Below, piece by piece: positions 8,460-18,888 of a DNA stretch of 64,000 bases; position 1 is the stretch's first letter; each line of letters opens with the position of its first letter. Origin of the DNA: an uncultured Candidatus Saccharibacteria bacterium. GTDB taxonomy: Bacteria > Patescibacteriota > Saccharimonadia > Saccharimonadales > UBA7683. A program made the translations under genes and the position numbers. The notes under the pieces are model-generated. The model was not told where the DNA came from and ran no database searches. It saw nothing but the letters and a program-made list of their open reading frames with translations. The stretch spans positions 174,589-238,588 of the forward strand of contig CAZWBG010000001.1 of the NCBI GenBank assembly GCA_964632215.1, in the 5' to 3' direction.

Positions 8460-9860
8460 TTAGTAGTCTTGGTCGTAAGTTACCATCAAAGCTCGAGATT
8501 CAATCTGTCGTAGCGTCTCAAGCGCCACAGAGACGACAATCAAGAGACCTGTTCCACCAATTGTCAGCTGTGTGGTTCCAAGTAGACGCTCTACGAAGAG
8601 GGGCAACAGCGCGAGGAGACCTAGGCTTATAGCGCCAAAGAGGTTTAATCGACCGACTATTTTCTTTAAATATTTCTCGGTTCGCGCACCAGGGCGTACC
8701 TTCTCTATAAATCCACCCTGTTTCTGTAGGTTTTCAGCGATTTCTTTAGCGTTAAATACGACACTGGTATAAAAATATGTAAAGGCTACAATGAGCAGGA
8801 AATACACAAGCGGGTATATGTAAGCATTTATCGGGTTTGTGCCAACACTCTGCTGTTGATTCGGCTGAGCGAACCAAACAGTCAAGTTATTACCGAGCGT
8901 AGCCATCCAAGGTGTTGCGCTGTTTTTAATAATTTGACCCACAAACTGCGGAACACTCAAGAAGGCCACTGCAAAAATAATCGGTATCACACCAGCGGTA
9001 ATAAGTTTAATTGGTAGAATTGTCGAGACACCACCATATGCTCGATTACCCTGGACTCGTTTAGCGTAACTCACGTGTATGATGCGCTGGGCCTCATTAA
9101 GCTTAACTACCAGGTATGTCACTATAGCCGTAGCTCCAGCTATAGAGGCTGCTATGGCTAGACCTTTGCCACTAATAGGTATACTAAACCAACCAAAGAT
9201 ATTAAGGTTAGCATCTGAGCCCGTAACAGTATTGATTAAAGTAAGAGCAATACTTGGTAACTGAGCAACGATACCAGCAAAAATAATTAAACTGATACCA
9301 TTACCTATACCTTGTTCAGTAATAAGCTCACCTAACCACATTAAGAGCATAGAGCCGCCAGTTAAGGCCGCTACCATGAGCACCCACTGGAAAAGTGATG
9401 TATTTGCTGTAATATCAATACCAAGACTTGAGGTAACGGTGGTTTGTCTAACAAGTAAGATTAGGCCAATTGATTGCATAATAGCCAGTGGTACGGCAAT
9501 AAGACGAGTCCACTGATTAATCTTACGTCGGCCAGCTTCACCGTCTTGTTGCAACTCTTCAAGTTTTGGTAGCGCCTTAGTAAGCAGCTGCATGATGATC
9601 GAGGCGTTAATGTAAGGGCCAAGCCCCATAAGCATAATAGAGAGGCTCGAAAGAGCTCCACCAGAGAGTAGATCAAAAAAACCAAGTAATTGCTGCGAGT
9701 TGAAAACGTTATTGATCAGCTGCTTAAGTTGAGTAGGCTCAGCCAGAGGAATTGGAATGTGAGCTAATAGACGATATACAACAATGAGAGCTATAACTAT
9801 CAGGACACGCTTCTGCATGTCCTTGCTTTTGAGTGACTTTTTGATTACTTTCCAGCCCAC
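8460..9860 (-). CDS. secY: Preprotein translocase subunit SecY
   Basis: Polytopic profile with typical SecY blocks (GIGNGISLIIFAGI). Position after rplO. Confidence 0.95.
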   Translation of the reverse strand: MGWKVIKKSLKSKDMQKRVLIVIALIVVYRLLAHIPIPLAEPTQLKQLINNVFNSQQLLGFFDLLSGGALSSLSIMLMGLGPYINASIIMQLLTKALPKLEELQQDGEAGRRKINQWTRLIAVPLAIMQSIGLILLVRQTTVTSSLGIDITANTSLFQWVLMVAALTGGSMLLMWLGELITEQGIGNGISLIIFAGIVAQLPSIALTLINTVTGSDANLNIFGWFSIPISGKGLAIAASIAGATAIVTYLVVKLNEAQRIIHVSYAKRVQGNRAYGGVSTILPIKLITAGVIPIIFAVAFLSVPQFVGQIIKNSATPWMATLGNNLTVWFAQPNQQQSVGTNPINAYIYPLVYFLLIVAFTYFYTSVVFNAKEIAENLQKQGGFIEKVRPGARTEKYLKKIVGRLNLFGAISLGLLALLPLFVERLLGTTQLTIGGTGLLIVVSVALETLRQIESRALMVTYDQDY

Positions 9861-9906
9861 TGTTTACCCTCTTTTCATAAAATGTTCGCCTTAGTATAGC
9901 AGCTTT

Positions 9907-10374
9907 TTAAGAAATAGTTTCTTTTGGTGCTCGCTGTGGAACCGTGGTAGCACTGAAGCTTCCGCCTGCTTTTTCGATTTCAACTACAGCGGATTTACTT
10001 GCGCCCTGCACTTTGATGTCGTAAGCCTTAGCTACAGCACCACGTGTAATGATCTTAGTTGCGTGGTAAGGATCACCAATGAGACCTGCTTCAAATAAGC
10101 TAAAGTTGTCGATTGATTTACCTTTTACTAAAGCTAGGTTTTCAGTATAGACTACCTGTGATTTAGCTCGACTACTCTTAAAGCCCTTGAGCTTCGGTAT
10201 ACTTCGCATGAGTGGGTTTTGACCACCTTCAAATCCGGGTCGGAGTTTCTTTCCGGTTCGGGATTTTTGGCCCTTTGTACCACGACCAGCAGTCTTGCCT
10301 TTACCTGCGCTGATTCCTCGTCCTACGCGAGTCTTAGATTTCTTCTTCTCTACATTCAATTCATGAAATTTCAT
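9907..10374 (-). CDS. rplO: 50S ribosomal protein L15
   Basis: GRGISAGKGKTAGRGTKGQKSR. Confidence 0.97.
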   Translation of the reverse strand: MKFHELNVEKKKSKTRVGRGISAGKGKTAGRGTKGQKSRTGKKLRPGFEGGQNPLMRSIPKLKGFKSSRAKSQVVYTENLALVKGKSIDNFSLFEAGLIGDPYHATKIITRGAVAKAYDIKVQGASKSAVVEIEKAGGSFSATTVPQRAPKETIS

Positions 10375-10376
10375 AC

Positions 10377-10916
10377 TTAGCTCTCTTTCTTCTTTGCACT
10401 TGCTGGTTTCGTCTCAGCATTCTTAGGATCTTCGAGAGTTGTTACCCATTCACTTTGAGGTTTCAGTTGCTTAAGAGCTTCAAGGGTCGCATAGGCAGTA
10501 TTCACCTTATTCGTACTACCGAGTGACTTAGAGAGTACGTTGCGGACACCCGTAACATTTAAGATTGTGCGCACTGTACCACCTGCAATAATACCAGTAC
10601 CAGGTGAGGCTTGCTTAAGCATTACCTTTGCACCACCGACCTTAGCTTGAGTGTCGTGTGGAATCGTAGCTTTATATACTGGAATCTCGTAAACGTTCTT
10701 CTTAGCCACGGCTGTTGCCTTGGCAATTGCAGCCTGTACATCAGCGCCCTTAGAAACACCAACTCCGACTCGTTTTTTACCATCGCCAACAACTACAAGA
10801 GCCTTAAAACGGAATCGGCGACCACCTTTTACAACACGGGATACACGGTCGATATTAATAACAACTTCTTCAAACTCTTTTACTTCGTCATTTTGTCTTG
10901 AGGCATTATGTTGCAT
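10377..10916 (-). CDS. rpsE: 30S ribosomal protein S5
   Basis: RVSRVVKGGRRFRFKALVVVGD. Only 2 nt separate it from rplO, so there is no L30 gene. Confidence 0.97.
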   Translation of the reverse strand: MQHNASRQNDEVKEFEEVVINIDRVSRVVKGGRRFRFKALVVVGDGKKRVGVGVSKGADVQAAIAKATAVAKKNVYEIPVYKATIPHDTQAKVGGAKVMLKQASPGTGIIAGGTVRTILNVTGVRNVLSKSLGSTNKVNTAYATLEALKQLKPQSEWVTTLEDPKNAETKPASAKKKES

Positions 10917-11273
10917 TTAAAACTCCAATCCGTTCTCACGTGCTGCGTCCGCTAAGGCAGCTAATCGCTTCTGATAAGCTCGTCCGTTGCGGTCTAGCAC
11001 TACTTTTACAATTTTAGCCTTTTTAGCCTTCTTAGCAATATCAACACCAACCCAGACAGCTTGTTCGCTCAGGGAGGTACCTGCGTCTTTTACGCCAACA
11101 GTTGTGCTTGCAACTAAGGTTGCGCTCTTTGTGTCATCAATAATCTGTGCACTGATGTGTCGATTACTAATATGTATACTGAGTCGTGGGCGTTCCGTAG
11201 TACCGGTGACAGTAGCACGTACGCGGTGCTTGCGTAGGATCTCATTTTTTCGTGTATGATCAAGCCGGTTCAT
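10917..11273 (-). CDS. rplR: 50S ribosomal protein L18
   Basis: Operon position. C-terminal DRNGRAYQKRLAALADAARENGLEF. Confidence 0.96.
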   Translation of the reverse strand: MNRLDHTRKNEILRKHRVRATVTGTTERPRLSIHISNRHISAQIIDDTKSATLVASTTVGVKDAGTSLSEQAVWVGVDIAKKAKKAKIVKVVLDRNGRAYQKRLAALADAARENGLEF

Positions 11274-11809
11274 TATTTTGCTCCTGTCTTTCCAGCTTTA
11301 CGGATAATATATTCGTCGATATATTTAATTCCTTTGCCCTTGTACGGTTCTGGCTTCTTTAATTTTCTAATATCTGCTGCAACTTGTCCAACTTCTTGTT
11401 TGTTAATACCAGAAATGGTGATCTGGTTTTTATCCACTGCAAGTTGAATGCTACTTGGTGCCTCAAAATCTATAGGGTGTGAAAAACCAAGGTTCAAGAC
11501 AAGTTTGTTACCTTGTAAATTAACCTTAAATCCTACACCGTTGACTTCAAGCTTCTTCTCGAAGCCTTTCGTGACACCTTCTACCATATTCTGGACTAAT
11601 GAGCGCATAAGACCATGCTGTGACTTCGCAAGCTTTTCTTCACTAGCCCGCGCTACAATCAATTGACTCTCAGTAGTGTTGACACTTACTTCTGGTAAGA
11701 TTTGCTGTGTGAGTTCACCTTTTGGTCCGACTACCTTTACGAGGTTGTCATCGACCGTGATTGTCACACCAGCAGGGATCTCAACTGGTAGTTTTCCGAT
11801 TCGACTCAT
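11273..11809 (-). CDS. rplF: 50S ribosomal protein L6
   Basis: MSRIGKLPVEIPAGV N-terminus. Confidence 0.97.
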   Translation of the reverse strand: MSRIGKLPVEIPAGVTITVDDNLVKVVGPKGELTQQILPEVSVNTTESQLIVARASEEKLAKSQHGLMRSLVQNMVEGVTKGFEKKLEVNGVGFKVNLQGNKLVLNLGFSHPIDFEAPSSIQLAVDKNQITISGINKQEVGQVAADIRKLKKPEPYKGKGIKYIDEYIIRKAGKTGAK

Positions 11810-11838
11810 TATATAATTCCTATTCCTTTAATTTTCTC

Positions 11839-12240
11839 TTAGTAAACTTTACAAATTACTTCGCCACCAAGGCGTTGTTTTGTTGCCTCAAACCCGTTCA
11901 TAATACCTTTGCTGGTAGAAATCAGCACAAGACCGCGACCGTTTTTAATACGAGGGATTTCCTGTACGTTAACGTATAGTCGACGGCCAGGCTTACTCAT
12001 GCGGTGAATTTCAGTAATACGTGGGTTGCTGCCTTCGGCATGAATAGTAATGATAAGTTGATTGCGAGGTGAACCCTTTTCAACCACTACATCCTTCAAG
12101 AAACGGTTCTTCACGAGTTCACGAGCCACGCTCTCCTTAATACGAGAATACGGTAGGCTTATTTCATTTTTACCAACATTGATAGCATTACGAATGCGGG
12201 TAAGCATATCTGCAATAGGGTCTGTAGAAACCATGCTCAT
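11839..12240 (-). CDS. rpsH: 30S ribosomal protein S8
   Basis: DPIADMLTRIRNA signature. Confidence 0.97.
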   Translation of the reverse strand: MSMVSTDPIADMLTRIRNAINVGKNEISLPYSRIKESVARELVKNRFLKDVVVEKGSPRNQLIITIHAEGSNPRITEIHRMSKPGRRLYVNVQEIPRIKNGRGLVLISTSKGIMNGFEATKQRLGGEVICKVY

Positions 12241-12509
12241 TACCAGCTCGCTTTCGTAACACCAGGGATTTCACCCTTACTGGCATGATTACGGAATGCA
12301 ATACGGCTAAGACCAAAGGTACGCATGTAACCTCGTGGTCGACCAGTTTCGCTGCAACGGTTCTTCCAGCGGGTTGGACTTGAATTACGTGGTAATTTAG
12401 CTAAGCCCTCAAGGTCACCCATTTTTTTAAGTTCTGCTCGTTTGTCGCTGTACTGTGCGATCATTTTTTTACGCTTTTCGTCGCGTGCGATCATAGATTT
12501 CTTAGCCAT
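12240..12509 (-). CDS. rpsN: 30S ribosomal protein S14 (long, non-zinc-ribbon type)
   Basis: 89 aa with [15 protein letters not shown] and C-terminal KASW. No CxxC pairs. Confidence 0.96.
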   Translation of the reverse strand: MAKKSMIARDEKRKKMIAQYSDKRAELKKMGDLEGLAKLPRNSSPTRWKNRCSETGRPRGYMRTFGLSRIAFRNHASKGEIPGVTKASW

Positions 12510-13090
12510 TACCGTGCTCCTTCTTTCTCGAATGGAATTCCAAACTTCTCAAGTAATACTCGTGAATACTCAGGATTACTATTAGTAATTACAAAGTTGA
12601 TCTGCAAGCCGTGTGAGTACGTAGTATCTTCAAACGTAAGTTCAGGAAACACCGATTGTTCGGTAAGACCGAGGCTATAGTTACCTTGTGGGTCAAAAGC
12701 TTTCTTACTGACACCGTGAAAATCACGAACGCGGGGCAAGACAACGTTTGTAAGTCGGTCGAGGAATTCATACATTCTATCGCCGCGAAGTGTTACCTTC
12801 ATGCCAATTGTATTCATACCAGCACGAATTTTAAAGCTCGCAATTGACTTTTTAGCGATCACCTCAACTGGCTGTTGTCCAGTTATCTTACGTAGAGTTG
12901 TTCGAACGTTCTCAAAGACTTTCTTATCATCCTTGCTGCGTCCGAGACCAACATTGATCACAATTTTTTCTAATTCTGGCACTTGGTGCTTATTACTCAG
13001 TGAAAGTTGCTCTTGCAACTGACTTACCACGGTTTCGCGGTATTGAGCCTTCAGACGTGGCACCATAGTGGTACTCGTATCTTTACTCAT
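12509..13090 (-). CDS. rplE: 50S ribosomal protein L5
   Basis: Operon position. [11 protein letters not shown] block. Confidence 0.97.
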   Translation of the reverse strand: MSKDTSTTMVPRLKAQYRETVVSQLQEQLSLSNKHQVPELEKIVINVGLGRSKDDKKVFENVRTTLRKITGQQPVEVIAKKSIASFKIRAGMNTIGMKVTLRGDRMYEFLDRLTNVVLPRVRDFHGVSKKAFDPQGNYSLGLTEQSVFPELTFEDTTYSHGLQINFVITNSNPEYSRVLLEKFGIPFEKEGAR

Positions 13091-13416
13091 GCGTCTATCT
13101 CCTTATTATTTGCTTGACGATATACACGAACTTTCGTGCCGTCTTCTTTAATCACATAGCCCACTCTGCTGGCTGCATCTTTTTTAGTAGGGTGCACGAG
13201 TGCAACTTTACTAATATCGATTGGTAAATGTACGTCTACGATACCGCCCTGTGGCTGCACAGCACTTGGCTTTACATGTCGCTTGACGATATTCATACCT
13301 TCAATTTTTACTGCTGCTTGGGCAGGTACAACGGCAACTATTTTACCAGTCTTACCCTTAAAATTACCTGTAATAATTTTTACGGTATCACCTTTTTTAA
13401 GTTTCAAACGTGCCAT
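13087..13416 (-). CDS. rplX: 50S ribosomal protein L24
   Basis: KKGDTVKIITGNFKGKTGKI KOW motif. Confidence 0.97.
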   Translation of the reverse strand: MARLKLKKGDTVKIITGNFKGKTGKIVAVVPAQAAVKIEGMNIVKRHVKPSAVQPQGGIVDVHLPIDISKVALVHPTKKDAASRVGYVIKEDGTKVRVYRQANNKEIDA

Positions 13417-13417
13417 A

Positions 13418-13786
13418 TTAGAGTACCTCCGGCGCTAAGCTAATAATTTTACTGTAGCCACGTTCACGTAGTTCTCGAGGTACTGGACCAAAAATACGGG
13501 TTCCTCGTGGTAATTTATCATCACCAATAATTACAGCTGCATTTTCATCAAACTTGATAGTAGATCCATCTTTACGACGAATCGTGTTAGTTGTTCGGAC
13601 TACGACGGCCTTCACAACACTTTTACGCTTAACAGTACCCGTTGGGTTAGCTTGCTTAACACTCGCGACGATTATATCGCCCACATGAGCGTAGCGTCGG
13701 CCAGTACCACCAAGGACACGTATACAAAGAATCTCCTTTGCACCACTGTTATCAGCCACTCTAAGGCGTGATTCTTGTTGGATCAT
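13418..13786 (-). CDS. rplN: 50S ribosomal protein L14
   Basis: [18 protein letters not shown]. Confidence 0.98.
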   Translation of the reverse strand: MIQQESRLRVADNSGAKEILCIRVLGGTGRRYAHVGDIIVASVKQANPTGTVKRKSVVKAVVVRTTNTIRRKDGSTIKFDENAAVIIGDDKLPRGTRIFGPVPRELRERGYSKIISLAPEVL

Positions 13787-14049
13787 CCTGCAATCTCCTC
13801 GGCCGCACCCTCAATTCGCTCAACTATATTATCGAGCTTCCAGCTTTTAGTTTTGCTGATTGGAATTGTCTCAACAATAGCTACTTTATCACCAAGCTGA
13901 GCTTCGTTCTTTTCATCATGTGCTTGATACTTTTTACTCACCGTATACTGTTTACGGTAAAGTGGGTGAGTCACGCGCCGCTCAGTCTTGACCACAATTG
14001 TCTTGTCCTGAACGTCGGAGACTACTGTACCTATCATACGTCGTACCAT
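13783..14049 (-). CDS. rpsQ: 30S ribosomal protein S17
   Basis: The ORF-track start (14106) overlaps rpmC in another frame. ATG at 14049 ([12 protein letters not shown]) lies 1 nt after the rpmC stop. Confidence 0.93.
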   Translation of the reverse strand: MVRRMIGTVVSDVQDKTIVVKTERRVTHPLYRKQYTVSKKYQAHDEKNEAQLGDKVAIVETIPISKTKSWKLDNIVERIEGAAEEIAG

Positions 14050-14050
14050 A

Positions 14051-14269
14051 TTACTTCTCCTTCTCCTGGGCAATCTTCTGTGCCAGTATAGTCTTTGACT
14101 GGGCAATAGCCCGTTTAATATTCTTAAGTTGATGTGTCTGTTTCGACTTGCCTACCTGCAGGTCATGTACTAATTGGATATAGTCAGCTTCAAGTTCGGC
14201 AATATACTTGGTAATATCAGCTTCTTTTTTACTCTGTAAATCTGTAGCGGTTAAGAGTTTGGTCTTCAT
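14051..14269 (-). CDS. rpmC: 50S ribosomal protein L29
   Basis: 72 aa helical protein between rplP and rpsQ. Confidence 0.93.
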   Translation of the reverse strand: MKTKLLTATDLQSKKEADITKYIAELEADYIQLVHDLQVGKSKQTHQLKNIKRAIAQSKTILAQKIAQEKEK

Positions 14270-14685
14270 TATGCTTGCTCCCTAATAACAAATTTAGTTT
14301 TGATAGGTAGCTTGTGAGCTGCAAGGCGCATTGCTTCGCGAGCCTGCTCTTCAGTTACACCACGACCCATTTCAAAAAGAATAGTACCTGGGCGAACCTT
14401 AGCCACGAAGAACTCAGGGTTACCCTTACCGCTACCCATTTTGACATCTTGAGGCTTACGAGTCACGGGAGTGTGTGGGAAGATTCTGATCCAGACCTTA
14501 CCACCACGCTTGATATAACGAGTCATCGCTTGTCGTGAAGACTCAATCTGGCGAGAAGTAATACGTTCAGTTCCCATGCTCATAAGACCATAGTCACCAA
14601 AGGCAACGTAGTTACCACTAGTAGCGGGTCCTTTGATTTTACCTTTTCGCACCTTTCGGTACTTAGTTTTCTTCGGCAATAACAT
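14269..14685 (-). CDS. rplP: 50S ribosomal protein L16
   Basis: [15 protein letters not shown]. Confidence 0.98.
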   Translation of the reverse strand: MLLPKKTKYRKVRKGKIKGPATSGNYVAFGDYGLMSMGTERITSRQIESSRQAMTRYIKRGGKVWIRIFPHTPVTRKPQDVKMGSGKGNPEFFVAKVRPGTILFEMGRGVTEEQAREAMRLAAHKLPIKTKFVIREQA

Positions 14686-14688
14686 TGT

Positions 14689-15318
14689 TTATGCCTCTCC
14701 CTTGTATATCCATACTTTAATACCGATGATACCGCTGCTCGGATATGTAGCACGAGCACAGTTGTAGTCGATATCAGCACGAAGCGTGTGTAGCGGCACG
14801 CTACCTTCAATATGCTTTTCTCGACGACTCATCTCAGCACCCATCAAACGGCCAGCAACTTCAATACGAATACCTTTTGCACCTGCACGCATAGAAGCGG
14901 CTGCTGTTGATTTAACAGCTCGGCGGAAAGCAATACGTCGCTCTAACTGACGAGCAATGTTTTCAGACACAAGCTTAGCTGAAAGTTCGGGTCGCTTCAC
15001 TTCTTCGATATTAATACGAACCGGAATGGTATAAATCTTCTCACAAAGAGCTTTAATTTCTTGTGCACCTGTACCACCACGGCCGATAACAACACCAGCT
15101 TTTGCAGTATGAATGGTCACCGTAACCAAGTTAGGTGAGCGTTCTATCTCGATACGATCAATAACAGCTCGTGTTTCAAACTTCTTTTCAATTGCCTTAC
15201 GGACTTCGAGATCTTGTTTTAGAAAACCAGCGTATTCTTTTTTACCAGCGAACCATTTACTACGCCACTGCTTATTAACCTGAAGACGCATGCTGATAGG
15301 ATTTACTTTTTGACCCAT
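14689..15318 (-). CDS. rpsC: 30S ribosomal protein S3
   Basis: MGQKVNPISMRL and KH domain GVVIGRGG. Confidence 0.98.
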   Translation of the reverse strand: MGQKVNPISMRLQVNKQWRSKWFAGKKEYAGFLKQDLEVRKAIEKKFETRAVIDRIEIERSPNLVTVTIHTAKAGVVIGRGGTGAQEIKALCEKIYTIPVRINIEEVKRPELSAKLVSENIARQLERRIAFRRAVKSTAAASMRAGAKGIRIEVAGRLMGAEMSRREKHIEGSVPLHTLRADIDYNCARATYPSSGIIGIKVWIYKGEA

Positions 15319-15722
15319 TACTTGTTCTCCTTTGTCTTCTTGGTAGTAGTCGTTTTAGTGGCAGTTTTAGCCTTAGCTCGTTCTTCGCCAGAAATAACTA
15401 TAGTGATGTGCGTTGTGCGCTTCTGATAGGGGTGAGCCATACCTCGAGCAACGGGACGAAAACGCTTCATGCGTGGACCAGGACCAATGTGTAGTTCTGC
15501 AATCTGAAGATTATCAGCTTGCACGTTATGGTTGTGAGTAGCATTTGCTTTAGCGCTTTTAATGACCTTCGTAAGTGGTTGAGCAGCGCGCTTTGGGGTA
15601 TGTTCAAGAATTGTCAGTGCATCAGCAACAGAACGACCTCGTATAAGACCAGCTATCAAACCAATCTTACGTGGTGTCATGTCGACTCCTCTAGCACTTG
15701 CGCGAACGTATATAGCAGCCAT
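15318..15722 (-). CDS. rplV: 50S ribosomal protein L22
   Basis: Operon position between rpsS and rpsC. SPRKIGLIAGLIRG-like block. Confidence 0.96.
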   Translation of the reverse strand: MAAIYVRASARGVDMTPRKIGLIAGLIRGRSVADALTILEHTPKRAAQPLTKVIKSAKANATHNHNVQADNLQIAELHIGPGPRMKRFRPVARGMAHPYQKRTTHITIVISGEERAKAKTATKTTTTKKTKENK

Positions 15723-15724
15723 GA

Positions 15725-15988
15725 TTATCTCTCCTTGCCTCCGTGTTTACGGAACTTGCGGGTAGGTGAAAATTCGCCAAGCTTGTGACCAACCATATTT
15801 TCACTCACAAATACAGGTACGTGAACCTTACCGTTGTAAACCGCGATAGTTTTTCCAACCATCTCAGGGTTAATAGTACTTGCACGTGCCCAAGTTTTAA
15901 TGACCGTACGATCATCTCCACTTAGTGCTGCTACTTTCTTAGCAAGCTTTGCATCTACGAATGGTCCTTTTTTCAGTGATCTGCTCAT
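15725..15988 (-). CDS. rpsS: 30S ribosomal protein S19
   Basis: [12 protein letters not shown]. Confidence 0.98.
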   Translation of the reverse strand: MSRSLKKGPFVDAKLAKKVAALSGDDRTVIKTWARASTINPEMVGKTIAVYNGKVHVPVFVSENMVGHKLGEFSPTRKFRKHGGKER

Positions 15989-15991
15989 AGC

Positions 15992-16828
15992 TTATTTCCT
16001 CTTTGCCTGATGTCGGCTTTTGACAATAAATTTAGTAGTACGCTTGTTGCGTCGTGTTCGATAACCAAGTGTAATTTGACCCCATGGAGTACGAGGTGCT
16101 TTACCAGGTCCATGACGTCCACCATCACCACCACCGTGCGGGTGATCTGTAGCATTCATTACTACACCACGAACAGATGGGCGGAATCCAAGGTGACGCT
16201 TACGGCCAGCTGAACCAAGCTTAATATTCTGATGCTGCTCATTACCAACAGCACCAAGTGTTGCCATACAGTTAATGTGAATCTTACGGACTTCACCGCT
16301 TGGTAGTTTTACCTGGGCATAGTCACCTTCTTTAGCAGTTAGCTGTGCCTTGGCACCAGCTGAACGAACCATCTGAGCACCGCGACCCGGCTGCAGTTCG
16401 ATTGCATAAATAAAGCTACCAGCGGGGATGTTACTCAGTGGCAAACGGTTACCTTCTTCAATTGCGACTTGCTCACCAACGTGAAGAGTCTGGTCAACCT
16501 GCATTGAGTTACCAGCTAGAATATAGTGGTATTCACCTGATTGATCTTTGATACGTGCAATACGAGCTGAACGGTTTGGATCGTATTCAATTGCTTCAAT
16601 CACTGCAGAAGTAATAGAAAGTTGCTTGAAGTTTACAAGACGATAGAAACGCTTTGTTCCACCACCACGGTGACGTACAGTAATGCGACCTTGGTTGTTC
16701 CGTCCGTTCGTTCGACGCTTCTTTACCAATAATGACTTCAGCGGCTTTTTAGTTGTGATTTTAGATAAATCTTGGCTTGTCATGCCACGTCGGCCAGGAG
16801 TAGTAGGTTTGTATGGTGTAACAGCCAT
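15992..16828 (-). CDS. rplB: 50S ribosomal protein L2
   Basis: VMNATDHPHGGGDGG signature. Confidence 0.98.
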   Translation of the reverse strand: MAVTPYKPTTPGRRGMTSQDLSKITTKKPLKSLLVKKRRTNGRNNQGRITVRHRGGGTKRFYRLVNFKQLSITSAVIEAIEYDPNRSARIARIKDQSGEYHYILAGNSMQVDQTLHVGEQVAIEEGNRLPLSNIPAGSFIYAIELQPGRGAQMVRSAGAKAQLTAKEGDYAQVKLPSGEVRKIHINCMATLGAVGNEQHQNIKLGSAGRKRHLGFRPSVRGVVMNATDHPHGGGDGGRHGPGKAPRTPWGQITLGYRTRRNKRTTKFIVKSRHQAKRK

Positions 16829-17133
16829 TACTTGCTCTCCTCTTCAAAAATCTTGATGCTATCACCGTCTTTCAGGCGAACATAAGCTTTCTTAATGCTA
16901 TTTCGTTTACCAATAATTGGGCGAGCCTTGCGGTTACCAAGTCGGATAGAACGAGCTTTTTTACCATTCTGTACCACAATATTTACGTCTACGACACTCA
17001 CATTATATTGAGCTTCAACAGCAAGTTTGATCTGTAATTTATTAGCGGCAGTTGGTACCACAAAGATGTACGTCTGGTTTGAGACACTCTGCTGATAGGC
17101 TTTTTCGCTCATGCGAGGCTTTAGGTGAATCAT
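16828..17133 (-). CDS. rplW: 50S ribosomal protein L23
   Basis: Operon position between rplD and rplB. About 100 aa. Confidence 0.95.
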   Translation of the reverse strand: MIHLKPRMSEKAYQQSVSNQTYIFVVPTAANKLQIKLAVEAQYNVSVVDVNIVVQNGKKARSIRLGNRKARPIIGKRNSIKKAYVRLKDGDSIKIFEEESK

Positions 17134-17756
17134 TTTGTGCCTCCAAGCCAGTCTTTAATCATATCAACAGATTTACTAGTAATAACGATATGATCGGCAT
17201 TAAGTACATCGAACACATTCAAATAGGTTGCTTGTACGGCTTTTAGGTTTTCTACATTTCGAGTAGCACGATCAACTAACTGATCTTTTTCCGAAACAAC
17301 TAGCAGAATACGCCGAGTTAGGTTGTGCTTTTCTATAAGTTGCAGAGTAGTTTTTACCCTACCTTCTTTGCTGTCAAACGCATCGATGAGAGTGATCTTT
17401 TTGCCTTCATTAGCAAGTGTCAACGCGTGACGAAGTGCTTGACGTTTTTGAGCAGTTGAAAGAGATTTGGTGTAGTTTTCGTTACCAGTTGGACCAAAGG
17501 CAATACCACCGCCACGCCAGATTGGGTTACGAGATGAACCGAATCGCGCACGACCAGTACCCTTTTGCTTCCAAGGTTTCTTACCACCACCACGTACGAG
17601 TCCACGAGTCTTAGTTTGTGCTAGATTGCTTCGGCCATTAGCAAGGTATGCTTCGTAGGCACGCTTTAGTAGGTCGTGATTATTAATCTTCACAGCAAAT
17701 ACTTCTTTTGGAAGTGTTACTTTTGTTGGCTTGGTCGTTGTAGCTGCTGTTGCCAT
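17130..17756 (-). CDS. rplD: 50S ribosomal protein L4
   Basis: KPWKQKGTGRARFGS signature. Confidence 0.97.
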   Translation of the reverse strand: MATAATTTKPTKVTLPKEVFAVKINNHDLLKRAYEAYLANGRSNLAQTKTRGLVRGGGKKPWKQKGTGRARFGSSRNPIWRGGGIAFGPTGNENYTKSLSTAQKRQALRHALTLANEGKKITLIDAFDSKEGRVKTTLQLIEKHNLTRRILLVVSEKDQLVDRATRNVENLKAVQATYLNVFDVLNADHIVITSKSVDMIKDWLGGTK

Positions 17757-17757
17757 A

Positions 17758-18381
17758 TTATGCTCCTACCACCGTTACAAGGCTCTTACGAGGGCCAGGA
17801 ATAGCCCCTTTGAGTCCAATCAAGTTGTTTTCTTTGTCGATAAAAGCAATCTGCAGGCCACTAACCGTGACACGCTCAGCACCCATTTGACCGGCCATTC
17901 GCTTACCCTTAAAAACCTTTTGTGGGTACATAGAACCGATTGAACCTGGTTTTCGGGCATAGCCGTTACCACCGTGAGTCTTGGCACTAGTATTGAAGTT
18001 GTGTCGTTTTACAGTACCGGCAAAACCTTTACCTTTGCTTGTGCCAGTTACTTTCACTTTGTCGCCAATTTCGAAGATTGTGACATCAAAAGAGGAGCCT
18101 AGTTTCATTTGCTCCTCATCAGTATTGTCTTCAATACGAAATTCACGAATCATACGCGGTGCGAGATCTTTGTCAGCCTTTTGCATATGTCCTTTAACAG
18201 GCTTACTAGTATTCTTACCACCGCCAAGTGCGATCTGTATAGAGTTATAACCATCGGTTTCACTCGTTTTTACTTGAGTTACTACACAAGGACCTGCCTG
18301 AACTAAAGTTACGGGCAACAAAACTCCATCCTCTTGTAGGATCTGCGTCATACCAATTTTAGTGCCCAATATTGCTTTCAT
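17758..18381 (-). CDS. rplC: 50S ribosomal protein L3
   Basis: GTKIGMTQI N-terminus and GKGFAGTVKRHNF. Confidence 0.98.
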   Translation of the reverse strand: MKAILGTKIGMTQILQEDGVLLPVTLVQAGPCVVTQVKTSETDGYNSIQIALGGGKNTSKPVKGHMQKADKDLAPRMIREFRIEDNTDEEQMKLGSSFDVTIFEIGDKVKVTGTSKGKGFAGTVKRHNFNTSAKTHGGNGYARKPGSIGSMYPQKVFKGKRMAGQMGAERVTVSGLQIAFIDKENNLIGLKGAIPGPRKSLVTVVGA

Positions 18382-18495
18382 TTTATCCTTATTATCCTTT
18401 TAGCAAACAAAAATCTCGGTAGATCTATGGTTTCCCAAATACGGGACCTATAGACATACCAAGTCTTAAACCTCAAGGTATGAAATTACCATCAT

Positions 18496-18525
18496 AGTGT
18501 ATCAGATCAAACGAGATCTTGTCAA
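18496..18525 (-). promoter_or_regulatory. Putative promoter for the rplC-led ribosomal operon (TTGACA-18 nt-TACACT) with a ~110-nt leader
   Basis: Minus strand has TTGACA (18525-18520), an 18-nt spacer and TACACT (18501-18496). It lies directly after the stop of the 91-aa membrane ORF. The leader contains an interrupted hairpin CTAT-A-GGT-CCC / GGG-AA-ACC-ATAG. Confidence 0.4.
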
Positions 18526-18530
18526 CAGTT

Positions 18531-18806
18531 TTAAACCGTAATTCCTACCGGTAAATAAAAGCTGATGAAGGTCGCTAGTAATAGTATAGCAAATTCTATC
18601 TTACGATCTATCTGGAAATGTTCGTGCGAAGCGAACAAAAGCCCTACAAATAGCCCCACTGGTACGCTCAGATGTTGAAATGGCCCAATGTTAACATCGG
18701 TTAGTCTTACCCAAAAGGTTCCCAGTAAGAAGAAGAGCACTAGTTTTAGAAAATATACCGAGTCAGTTTCAGTATCTGGTATTTTTTTGTTTTTGCGTTT
18801 TACCAT
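18531..18806 (-). CDS. Hypothetical small membrane protein (91 aa)
   Basis: Basic N-terminus followed by three hydrophobic segments. Lies between rpsJ and rplC. Confidence 0.55.
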   Translation of the reverse strand: MVKRKNKKIPDTETDSVYFLKLVLFFLLGTFWVRLTDVNIGPFQHLSVPVGLFVGLLFASHEHFQIDRKIEFAILLLATFISFYLPVGITV

Positions 18807-18888
18807 ACTGAATACTATTTAAGCATATATGCTCTTGGTTAGCTATATATTGTGGACTAAATGAGACTGATGTGGCGCCACAGAGTTC

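Noticed and set aside
13783-14106. A 107-aa S17 model with an Arg-rich N-terminal extension overlapping rpmC.
   Set aside because: The extension overlaps L29 in another frame. The ATG at 14049 ([10 protein letters not shown]) directly follows the rpmC stop and gives a normal-length S17.
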